From positions 16,817-80,816 of the forward strand of contig NW_027437466.1 in NCBI RefSeq assembly GCF_964204645.1: DNA of 64,000 bases. The letters run 5' to 3'. A model generated the notes under the pieces. The model did no database searches and was not told the DNA's origin. It saw nothing but the letters and a program-made list of their open reading frames with translations. The DNA is from Tubulanus polymorphus. Taxonomy: Eukaryota; Animalia; Nemertea. Positions 45,801 through 57,800 of the stretch are shown here, one piece after another. How positions within the stretch are numbered: the first letter of the stretch is position 1; every line of letters begins with the position of its first letter. The position numbers and the translations under genes are program-made.

Positions 45801-48800
45801 GGAGGGAGGCAGTAGGTCGGTCGTCCGTCCGTTCGCCAGTGTGCCGCTGGTGGTTGTTCGAAAAACGACTAAGTGCTGACCGGGCCTTGATCAGCGTTAC
45901 GACCCGGTGCAGTGATGGAGAGGGAGAGGTCGGTCGTCCGTCCGTTCGTCAGTGTGCCGGCGGTGGTTGTTCGAAAAACGACTAAGTGCTGACCGGATCT
46001 TGATCAGCATTACGACCCGGTGCAGTGAGGGAGGGAGGGAGGGAGGCAGTAGGTCGGTCGTCCATCCGTTCGTCAGTGTGCCGGCGGTGGTAGTTCGAAA
46101 AACGACTAAGTGCTGACCGGGCCTTGATCAGCGTTACGACCCGGTGCAGTGAGGAAGGGAGGGAGGCAGTAGGTCGGTCGTCCGTCCGTTCGCCAGTGTG
46201 CCGCTGGTGGTTGTTCGAAAAACGACTAAGTGCTGACCGGGCCTTGATCAACGTTACGACCCGGAGCAGTGAGGGAGGGAGGGAGGCAGTAGGTCGGTCG
46301 TCCGTCCGTTCGCCAGTGTGCCGCTGGTGGTTGTTCGAAAAACGACTAAGTGCTGACCGGGCCTTGATCAGCGTTACGACCCGGTGCAGTGAGGGAGGGA
46401 GGGAGGCATTAGGACAGTCGTCCGCCCGTTAGTCAGTGTGTCGGCGGTTGTTGTTCGAAAAACGACTAAGTGCTGACCGGGCCATGAACAGCGTTACGAC
46501 CCGGCACCGGTCAGGAAGGGAGGGAGGGAGGCAGTAGGTCGGTCGTCCATTCGTTCGTCAGTGTGCCGCTGGTGGTTGTTCGAAAAACGACTAAGTGCTG
46601 ACCGGGCCTTGATCAGCGTTACGACCCGGAGCAGTGAGGGAGGGAGGGAGGCAGTAGGTCGGTCGTCCGTCCGTTCGCCAGTGTGCCGCTGGTGGTTGTT
46701 CGAAAAACGACTAAGTGCTGACCGGGCCTTGATCAGCGTTACGACCCGGTGCAGTGAGGGAGGGAGGGAGGCACTAGGACAGTCGTCCGCCCGTTAGTCA
46801 GTGTGTCGGCGGTTGTTGTTCGATAAACGACTAAGTGCTGACCGGGCCATGAACAGCGTTACGACCCGGCACCGGTCAGGAAAGGAGGGAGGGAGGCAGT
46901 AGGTCGGTCGTCCATCCGTTCGTCAGTGTGCCGGCGGTGGTTGTTCGAAAAACGACTAAGTGCTCACCGGGCCTTGATCAGCGTTACGACCTGGAGCAGT
47001 GAAGGAGGAAGGGGGACAGTAGGTCGGTCGTCCGTCCGTTCGTCAGTATGCCGGCGGTGGTTGTTCAAAAAACGACCAAGTGCTGACCAGGCCTTGATCA
47101 GCGTTACGACCCGGCACTGGTCAGGGAGGGAGGGAGGGAGGCAGTAGGTCGGTCATCCGTCCGTTCGTCAGAGTGCCGGCGGTAGCTGTTCGAAAAACGA
47201 CTAAGTGCTGACCGGGCCTTGATCAGCGTTACGACCCGGCGCAGTGAGGGAGGGAGGGAGGGAGGCAGTAGGTCGGTCGTCCATCCGTTTGTCAGTGTGC
47301 CGGCGGTGGTTGTTCGAAAAACGACTAAGTTCTGACCGGGCCTTGATCAGCGTTACGACCCGGTGCAGTGAGGGAGGGAGGGAGGCACTAGGACAGTCGT
47401 CCGCCCGTTAGTCAGTGTGTCGGCGGTTGTTGTTCGAAAAACGACTAAGTGCTGACCGGGCCATGAACAGCGTTACGACCCGGCACCGGTCAGGAAGGGA
47501 GGGAGGGTGGCAGTAGGTCGGTCGTCCGTCCGTTCGTCAGTGTGCCGGCGGTGGTTGTTCGAAAAACGACTAAGTGCTGACCGGGCCTTAATCAGCGTTA
47601 CGACCCGGCACCGGTCAGGGAGGGAGGGAGGGAGGCAGTAGGTCGGTCGTCCGTCCGTTCGTCAGTGTGCCGGCGGTGGTTGTTCGAAAAACGACTAAGT
47701 GCTGACCGGGCCTTGATCAGCGTTACGACCCGGAGCAGTGAGGGAGGGAGAGAGGCAGTAGGTCGGTCGTCCGTCCGTTCGCCAGTGTGCCGGCGGTGGT
47801 TTTTCGAAAAACGACTAAGCGCTGACCGGGCCTTAATCAGCGTTACGACCCGGAGCATTGAGGGAGGGAGGGAGGCAGTAGGTCGGTCGTCCGTCCGTTT
47901 GTCAGTGTGCCGGCAGTGATGGTTGTTCGAAAAACGACTAAGGGCTGACTGGGCCTTGATCAGCGTTACGACTTGGCAATGGCCAGGGAGGGAGGGATGG
48001 AGGTAGTAGGTCGGTCGTCCGTCCGTTCGTCAGTGTGCCAGCAGTACTGGTTGTTCGAAAAACAATTAAGTGCTGACCGGGCCTTGATCAGCGTTATGAC
48101 CCGGCGCAGGTCAGGGAGGGAGGGAGGGAGGCAGTAGGTCGGTCGTCCGTCCGTTCGTCAGTGTGCCGGCAGTACTGGTTGTTCGAAAAACAATTAAGTG
48201 CTGACCGGGCCTTGATCAGCGTTACGACCCGGAGCAGTGAGGGAGGGAGGGAGGGAGGGAGGCAGTAGGTCGGTCGTCCGTCCGTTTGTCAGTGTGCCGG
48301 CAGTGATGGTTGTTCGAAAAACGACTAAGGGCTGACCGGGCCTTGATCAGCGTTACGACCCGGAACAGTGAGGGAGGGAGGGAGTCAGTAGGTAGGTCGT
48401 TCGTCCGTTCGTCAGTGTTCCGGCAGTGGTGGTTCGAAAAACGACTAAGTGCTGACCGGGCCTTGATCAGCGTTACGATCCGGCACCGGTCAGGGAGGGA
48501 GGGAGGGTGGCAGTAGGTCGGTCGTCCGTCCGTTCGTCAGTGTGCCGGCGGTTGTGGTTCGAAAAACGACTAAGTGCTGACCGGGCCTTGATCAGCGTTA
48601 CGACCCGGCACTGGTCAGGGAGGGAGGGAGGGAGGAAGGCAGTATATCGGTCATTCGAAAAACGACTAAGTGCTGACCGGGCCTTGATCAGCATTACGAC
48701 CCGCCCCAGTGAGGGAGGGAGAGAGGGAGGCAGTAGGTCGGTCGTCAGTCCGTTCGTCAGTGTGCCGGTGGTAGTTGTTCGAAAAATGACTAAGTGCTGA

Positions 48801-51800
48801 CCGGGCCTTGATCAGCGTTACGACCCGGCACCGGTCAGGGAGGGAGAGAGGGAGGCAGTAGGTCGGTCGTCCGTCCGTTCGGCAGTGTGCCGGCGGTAGT
48901 TGTTCGAAAAATGACTAAGTGCTGACCGGGCCATGATCAGCGTGACGTTTCGGCACCGGTCAGGGGGGTATGGAGGTAGTAGATCGGGCGTCCGTCCGTT
49001 CGTCAGTGTGCCGGCAGTGATGGTTGTTCGAAAAACGACTAAGTGCTGACCGGGCCTTGATCAGCGTTACGACCCGGCGCAGTGAGGGAGGGAGGCTCAC
49101 ACCAGGAGAGTCGTCGCTGGTAAGGGAGGGAGGGAGGGAGGCAGTAGGTCGGTCGTCCGTCCTTTCGTCAGTGTGCCGGCAGTGATGGTTGTTCGAAAAA
49201 CGACTAAGTGCTGACATGGCCTTGATCAGCGTTACGACCCGGCGCAGTGAGGGAGGGAGGCAGGCACCAGGACAGTCGTCCGCCCGTTAGTCAGTCTACC
49301 GGCATTGGTGGTTCGAAACACGACTAAGTGCTGACCGGGCCTTGATCAGCGTTACGAACCGCCGCCGGTAAGGGAGGGAGGGAGGGAGGGAGGCAGTAGG
49401 TCGGTCGTCTGTCCGTTCGTCAGTGTGCCGGCGGTGGTTGTTCGAAAAACGACTCAGTGCTGACCGGGCCTTGATCAGCGTTACGACCCGGACCAGTGAG
49501 GGAGGGAGGGAGGTTGGCAGTAGGTCGGTCGTCCGTCCGTTCGTCAGTGTGCCGGCGGTGGTGGTTCGAAAAACGACTAAGTGCTGACCGGGCTTTGATC
49601 AGCGTTACGACCCGGTATCGGTCAGGGAGGGAGGGAGGCAGTAGGTCGGTCGTCCGTCCGTTCGTCAGTGTGCCGGCGGTGGTTGTTCGAAAAACGACTA
49701 AGTGCTGACCGGGCCTTGATCAGCGTTACGACCCGGAGCAGTGAGGGAGGGAGGAAGGCAGTAGGTGGGTCGTCCGTCCGTTCGTCAGTGTGCCGGCAGT
49801 GCTGGTTGTTCGAAAAACGATTAAGTGCTGACCGGGCCTTGATCAGCGTTACGACCCGGAGCAGTGAGGGAGGGAGGGAGGCAGTAGGTCGGTCGTCCGT
49901 CCGTTCGCCAGTGTGCCGCTGGTGGTTGTTCGAAAAACGACTAAGTGCTGACCGGGCCTTGATCAGCGTTACGACCCGGAGCAGTGAGGGAGGGAGGGAG
50001 GGAGGGAGGCAGTAGGTCGGTCGTCCGTCCGTTCGCCAGTGTGCCGCTGGTGGTTGTTCGAAAAACGACTAAGTGCTGACCGGGCCTTGATCAGCGTTAC
50101 GACCCGGTGCAGTGAGGGAGGGAGGGAGGCACTAGGACAGTCGTCCGCCCGTTCGTCAGTGTGCCGGCGGTGGTTGTTCGAAAAACGACTAAGTGCTGAC
50201 CGGGCCATGAACTGCGTTACGACCCGGCACCGGTCAGGAAGGGAGGGAGGGTGGCAGTAGGTCGGTCGTCCGTTCGTTGGTCAGTGTGCCGGCGGTGGTA
50301 GTTCGAAAAACGACTAAGTGCTGACCGGGCCTTGATCAGCGTTACGACCCGGAGCAGTGACGGAGGGAGGGAGGCAGTAGGTCGGTCGTCCGTCCGTTCG
50401 CCAGAGTGCCGCTGGTGGTTGTTCGAAAAACGACTAAGTGCTGACCGGGCCTTGATCAGCGTTACGACCCGGTGCAGTGAGGGAGGGAGGGAGGCACTAG
50501 GACAGTCGTCCGCCCGTTAGTCAGTGTGTCGGCGGTTGTTGTTCGAAAAACGACTAAGTGCTGACCGGGCCATGAACAGCGTTACGACCCGGCACCGGTC
50601 AGGAAGGGAGGGAGGGTGGCAGTAGGTCGGTCGTCCGTTCGTTGGTCAGTGTGCCGGCGGTGGTAGTTCGAAAAACGACTAAGTGCTGACCGGGCCTTGA
50701 TCAACGTTACGACCCGGAGCATTGAGGGAGGGAGGGAGGCAGTAGGTCGGTCGTCCGTCCGTTCGCCAGTGTGCCGCTGGTGGTTGTTCGAAAAACGACT
50801 AAGTGCTGACCGGGCCTTGATCAGCGTTACGACCCGGAGCAGTGAGGGAGGGAGGGAGGCAGTAGGTCGGTCGTCCATCCGTTCGTCAGTGTGTCGGCGG
50901 TTGCTGTTTGAAAAACGACTAAGTGCTGACCGGGCCATGAACAGCGTTACGACCCGGCACCGGTCAGGAAGGGAGGGAGGGAGGCAGTAGGTCGGTCGTC
51001 CATCCGTTCGTCAGTGTGCCGGCGGTGGTTGTTCGAAAAACGACTAAGTGCTGACCGGGCCTTGATCAGCGTTACCACCCGGAGCAGTGAGGGAGGGAGG
51101 GAGGCAGTAGGTCGGTCGTCCATCCGTTCGTCAGTGTGTCGGCGGTTGCTGTTTGAAAAACGACTAAGTGCTGACCGGGCCATGAACAGCGTTACGACCC
51201 GGCACCGGTCAGGAAGGGAGGGAGGGAGGCAGTAGGTCGGTCGTCCATCCGTTCGTCAGTGTGCCGGCGGTGGTTGTTCGAAAAACGACTAAGTGCTGAC
51301 CGGGCCTTGATCAGCGTTACGACCCGGTGCAGTGAGGGAGGGAGGGAGGCACTAGGACAGTCGTCCGCCCGTTAGTCAGTGTGTCGGCGGTTGTTGTTCG
51401 AAAAACGACTAAGTGCTGACCGGGTCTTGATCAGCGTTACGACCCGCAGCAGTGAGGGAGGGAGGGAGGCAGTAGGTCGGTCGTCCCTCCGGTCGTCAGT
51501 GTGCCGGCGGTGGTTGTTCGAAAAACGACTAAGTGCTGACCGGGCCTTGATCAGCGTTACGACCCGGAGCAGTGAGGGAGGGAGGGAGGCAGTAGGTCGG
51601 TCGTCCGTCCGTTCGCCAGTGTGCCGCTGGTGGTTGTTCGAAAAACGACTAAGTGCTGACCGGGCCTTGATCAGCGTTACGACCCGGTGCAGTGAGGGAG
51701 GGAGGGAGGCACTATGACAGTCGTCCGCCCGTTAGTCAGTGTGTCGGCGGTTGTTGTTCGAAAAACGACTAAGTGCTGACCGGGCCTAGATCAGCGTTAC

Positions 51801-54800
51801 GACCCGGTGCAGTGAGGGAGGGAGAGAGGCAGTAGGTCGGTCGTCCGTCCGGTCGTCAGTGTGCCGGCGGTGGTTGTTCGAAAAACGACTAAGTGCTGAC
51901 CGGGCCTTGATCAGCGTAACGACCCGGTGCAGTGAGGGAGGGAGGGAGGGAGGCAGTAGGTCGGTCGTCCATCCGTTCGTCAGTGTGCCGGCGGTGGTAG
52001 TTCGAAAAACGACTAAGTGCTGACCGGGCCTTGATCAGCGTTACGACCCGGTGCAGTGAGGGAGGGAGGGAGGCAGTAGGTCGGTCGTCCGTCCGTTCGT
52101 CAGTGTGCCGGCGGTGGTTGTTCGAAAAACGACTAAGTGCTGACCGGGCCTTGATCAGCGTAACGACCCGGTGCAGTGAGGGAGGGAGGGAGGGAGGCAG
52201 TAGGTCGGTCGTCCATCCGTTCGTCAGTGTGCCGGCGGTGGTAGTTCGAAAAACGACTAAGTGCTGACCGGGCCTTGATCAGCGTTACCACCCGGAGCAG
52301 TGAGGGAGGGAGGGAGGCAGTAGGTCGGTCGTCCATCCGTTCGTCAGTGTGTCGGCGGTTGCTGTTTGAAAAACGACTAAGTGCTGACCGGGCCATGAAC
52401 AGCGTTACGACCCGGCACCGGTCAGGAAGGGAGGGAGGGAGGCAGTAGGTCGGTCGTCCATCCGTTCGTCAGTGTGCCGGCGGTGGTTGTTCGAAAAACG
52501 ACTAAGTGCTGACCGGGCCTTGATCAGCGTTACCACCCGGTGCAGTGAGGGAGGGAGGGAGGCACTAGGACAGTCGTCCGCCCGTTAGTCAGTGTGTCGG
52601 CGGTTGTTGTTCGAAAAACGACTAAGTGCTGACCGGGTCTTGATCAGCGTTACGACCCGCAGCAGTGAGGGAGGGAGGGAGGCAGTAGGTCGGTCGTCCA
52701 TCCGGTCGTCAGTGTGCCGGCGGTGGTTGTTCGAAAAACGACTAAGTGCTGACCGGGCCTTGATCAGCGTTACGACCCGGAGCAGTGAGGGAGGGAGGGA
52801 GGCAGTAGGTCGGTCGTCCGTCCGTTCGCCAGTGTGCCGCTGGTGGTTGTTCGAAAAACGACTAAGTGCTGACCGGGCCTTGATCAGCGTTACGACCCGG
52901 TGCAGTGAGGGAGGGAGGGAGGCACTATGACAGTCGTCCGCCCGTTAGTCAGTGTGTCGGCGGTTGTTGTTCGAAAAACGACTAAGTGCTGACCGGGCCT
53001 AGATCAGCGTTACGACCCGGTGCAGTGAGGGAGGGAGAGAGGCAGTAGGTCGGTCGTCCGTCCGGTCGTCAGTGTGCCGGCGGTGGTTGTTCGAAAAACG
53101 ACTAAGTGCTGACCGGGCCTTGATCAGCGTAACGACCCGGTGCAGTGAGGGAGGGAGGGAGGGAGGCAGTAGGTCGGTCGTCCATCCGTTCGTCAGTGTG
53201 CCGGCGGTGGTAGTTCGAAAAACGACTAAGTGCTGACCGGGCCTTGATCAGCGTTACGACCCGGTGCAGTGAGGGAGGGAGAGAGGCAGTAGGTCGGTCG
53301 TCCGTCCGGTCGTCAGTGTGCCGGCGGTGGTTGTTCGAAAAACGACTAAGTGCTGACCGGGCCTTGATCAGCGTTACGACCCGGTGCAGTGAGGGAGGGA
53401 GGGAGGCAGTAGGTCGGTCGTCCGTCCGTTCGTCAGTGTGCCGGCGGTGGTTGTTCGAAAAACGACTAAGTGCTGACCGGGCCATGAACAGCGTTACGAC
53501 CCGGCACCGGTCAGGGAGGGAGGGAGGCAGTAGGTCGGTCGTCCATCCGTTCGTCAGTGTGCCGGCGGTGGTTATTCGAAAAACGACTAAGTGCTGACCG
53601 GGCCTTGATCAGCGTTGCGACCCGGTGCTGTGAGGGAGGGAGGGAGGCAGTAGGTCGGTCGTCCATCCGTTCGTCAGTGTGTCGGCGGTTGCTGTTCGAA
53701 AAACGACTAAGTGCTGACCGGGCCATGAACAGCGTTACGACCCGGCACCGGTCAGGAAGGGAGGGAGGGTGGCAGTAGGTCGGTCGTCCGTCCGTTCGTC
53801 AGTGTGCCGGCGGTGGTTGTTCGAAAAACGACTAAGTGCTGACCGGGCCTTGATCAGCGTAACGACCCGGTGCAGTGATGGAGAGGGAGAGGTCGGTCGT
53901 CCGTCCGTTCGTCAGTGTGCCGGCGGTGGTTGTTCGAAAAACGACTAAGTGCTGACCGGATCTTGATCAGCATTACGACCCGGTGCAGTGAGGGAGGGAG
54001 GGAGGGAGGCAGTAGGTCGGTCGTCCATCCGTTCGTCAGTGTGCCGGCGGTGGTAGTTCGAAAAACGACTAAGTGCTGACCGGGCCTTGATCAGCGTTAC
54101 GACCCGGTGCAGTGAGGAAGGGAGGGAGGCAGTAGGTCGGTCGTCCGTCCGTTCGCCAGTGTGCCGCTGGTGGTTGTTCGAAAAACGACTAAGTGCTGAC
54201 CGGGCCTTGATCAACGTTACGACCCGGAGCAGTGAGGGAGGGAGGGAGGCAGTAGGTCGGTCGTCCGTCCGTTCGCCAGTGTGCCGCTGGTGGTTGTTCG
54301 AAAAACGACTAAGTGCTGACCGGGCCTTGATCAGCGTTACGACCCGGTGCAGTGAGGGAGGGAGGGAGGCATTAGGACAGTCGTCCGCCCGTTAGTCAGT
54401 GTGTCGGCGGTTGTTGTTCGAAAAACGACTAAGTGCTGACCGGGCCATGAACAGCGTTACGACCCGGCACCGGTCAGGAAGGGAGGGAGGGAGGCAGTAG
54501 GTCGGTCGTCCATTCGTTCGTCAGTGTGCCGCTGGTGGTTGTTCGAAAAACGACTAAGTGCTGACCGGGCCTTGATCAGCGTTACGACCCGGAGCAGTGA
54601 GGGAGGGAGGGAGGCAGTAGGTCGGTCGTCCGTCCGTTCGCCAGTGTGCCGCTGGTGGTTGTTCGAAAAACGACTAAGTGCTGACCGGGCCTTGATCAGC
54701 GTTACGACCCGGTGCAGTGAGGGAGGGAGGGAGGCACTAGGACAGTCGTCCGCCCGTTAGTCAGTGTGTCGGCGGTTGTTGTTCGATAAACGACTAAGTG

Positions 54801-57800
54801 CTGACCGGGCCATGAACAGCGTTACGACCCGGCACCGGTCAGGAAAGGAGGGAGGGAGGCAGTAGGTCGGTCGTCCATCCGTTCGTCAGTGTGCCGGCGG
54901 TGGTTGTTCGAAAAACGACTAAGTGCTGACCGGGCCTTGATCAGCGTTACGACCCGGTGCTGTGAGGGAGGGAGGGAGGCAGTAGGTCGGTCGTCCATCC
55001 GTTCGTCAGTGTGTCGGCGGTTGCTGTTCGAAAAACGACTAAGTGCTGACCGGGCCATGAACAGCGTTACGACCCGGCACCGGTCAGGAAGGGAGGGAGG
55101 GTGGCAGTAGGTCGGTCGTCCATCCGTTCGTCAGTGTGCCGGCGGTGGTTGTTCGAAAAACGACTAAGTGCTGACCGGGCCTTGATCAGCGTTACGACCC
55201 GGCGCAGTGAGGGAGGGATGGAGGGAGGCAGTAGGTCGGTCGTCCATCCGTTCGTCAGTGTGCCGGCGGTGGTAGTTCGAAAAACGACTAAGTGCTTACC
55301 GGGCCTTGATCAGCGTTACGACCCGGTGCAGCGAGGGATGGAGGGAGGGAGGCAGTAGGTCGGTCGTCCATCCGTTCGTCAGTGTGCCGGCGGTGGTAGT
55401 TCGAAAAACGACTAAGTGCTGACCGGGCCTTGATCAGCGTTACGACCCGGTGCAGTGAGGGAGGGAGGGAGGCAGTAGGTCGGTCGTCCGTCCGTTCGCC
55501 AGTGTGCCGCTGGTGGTTGTTCGAAAAACGACTAAGTGCTGACCGGGCCATGAACAGCGTTACGACCCGGCACCGGTCAGGAAGGGAGGGAGGGAGGCAG
55601 TAGGTCGGTCGTCCATCCGTTCGTCAGTGTGCCGGCGGTGGTTGTTCGAAAAACGACTAAGTGCTGATCGGGCCTTGATCAGCGTTACCACCCGGTGCAG
55701 TGAGGGAGGGTGGCAGTAGGTCGGTCGTCCGTCCGTTCGTCAGTGTGCCGGCGGTGGTTGTTCGAAAAACGACTAAGTGCTGACCGGGCCTTAATCAGCG
55801 TTACGACCCGGCACCGGTCAGGGAGGGAGGGAGGGAGGCAGTAGGTCGGTCGTCCGTCCGTTCGTCAGTGTGCCGGCGGTGGTTGTTCGAAAAACGACTA
55901 AGTGCTGACCGGGCCTTGATCAGCGTTACGACCCGGTGCAGTGATGGAGAGGGAGAGGTCGGTCGTCCGTCCGTTCGTCAGTGTGCCGGCGGTGGTTGTT
56001 CGAAAAACGACTAAGTGCTGACCGGATCTTGATCAGCATTACGACCCGGTGCAGTGAGGGAGGGAGGGAGGGAGGCAGTAGGTCGGTCGTCCATCCGTTC
56101 GTCAGTGTGCCGGCGGTGGTAGTTCGAAAAACGACTAAGTGCTGACCGGGCCTTGATCAGCGTTACGACCCGGTGCAGTGAGGAAGGGAGGGAGGCAGTA
56201 GGTCGGTCGTCCGTCCGTTCGCCAGTGTGCCGCTGGTGGTTGTTCGAAAAACGACTAAGTGCTGACCGGGCCTTGATCAACGTTACGACCCGGAGCAGTG
56301 AGGGAGGGGGGAGGCAGTAGGTCGGTCGTCCGTCCGTTCGCCAGTGTGCCGCTGGTGGTTGTTCGAAAAACGACTAAGTGCTGACCGGGCCTTGATCAGC
56401 GTTACGACCCGGTGCAGTGAGGGAGGGAGGGAGGCATTAGGACAGTCGTCCGCCCGTTAGTCAGTGTGTCGGCGGTTGTTGTTCGAAAAACGACTAAGTG
56501 CTGACCGGGCCATGAACAGCGTTACGACCCGGCACCGGTCAGGAAGGGAGGGAGGGAGGCAGTAGGTCGGTCGTCCATTCGTTCGTCAGTGTGCCGCTGG
56601 TGGTTGTTCGAAAAACGACTAAGTGCTGACCGGGCCTTGATCAGCGTTACGACCCGGAGCAGTGAGGGAGGGAGGGAGGCAGTAGGTCGGTCGTCCGTCC
56701 GTTCGCCAGTGTGCCGCTGGTGGTTGTTCGAAAAACGACTAAGTGCTGACCGGGCCTTGATCAGCGTTACGACCCGGTGCAGTGGGGGAGGGAGGGAGGC
56801 ACTAGGACAGTCGTCCGCCCGTTAGTCAGTGTGTCGGCGGTTGTTGTTCGATAAACGACTAAGTGCTGACCGGGCCATGAACAGCGTTACGACCCGGCAC
56901 CGGTCAGGAAAGGAGGGAGGGAGGCAGTAGGTCGGTCGTCCATCCGTTCGTCAGTGTGCCGGCGGTGGTTGTTCGAAAAACGACTAAGTGCTGACCGGGC
57001 CTTGATCAGCGTTACGACCCGGTGCTGTGAGGGAGGGAGGGAGGCAGTAGGTCGGTCGTCCATCCGTTCGTCAGTGTGTCGGCGGTTGCTGTTCGAAAAA
57101 CGACTAAGTGCTTACCGGGCCTTGATCAGCATTACGACACGGTGCAGCGAGGGATGGAGGGAGGGAGGCAGTAGGTCGGTCGTCCATCCGTTCGTCAGTG
57201 TGCCGGCGGTGGTAGTTCGAAAAACGACTAAGTGCTGACCGGGCCTTGATCAGCGTTACGACCCGGTGCAGTGAGGGAGGGAGGGAGGCAGTAGGTCGGT
57301 CGTCCGTCCGTTCGCCAGTGTGCCGCTGGTGGTTGTTCGAAAAACGACTAAGTGCTGACCGGGCCATGAACAGCGTTACGACCCGGCACCGGTCAGGAAG
57401 GGAGGGAGGGAGGCAGTAGGTCGGTCGTCCATCCGTTCGTCAGTGTGCCGGCGGTGGTTGTTCGAAAAACGACTAAGTGCTGATCGGGCCTTGATCAGCG
57501 TTACCACCCGGTGCAGTGAGGGAGGGAGGGAGGCACTAGGACAGTCGTCCGCCCGTTAGTCAGTGTGTCGGCGGTTGTTGTTCGAAAAACGACTAAGTGC
57601 TGACCGGGCCTTAATCAGCGTTACGACCCGGCACCGGTCAGGGAGGGAGGGAGGGAGGCAGTAGGTCGGTCGTCCGTCCGTTCGTCAGTGTGCCGGCGGT
57701 GGTTGTTCGAAAAACGACTAAGTGCTGACCGGGCCTTGATCAGCGTTACGACCCGGAGCAGTGAGGGAGGGAGGGAGGGAGGCAGTAGGTCGGTCGTCCG

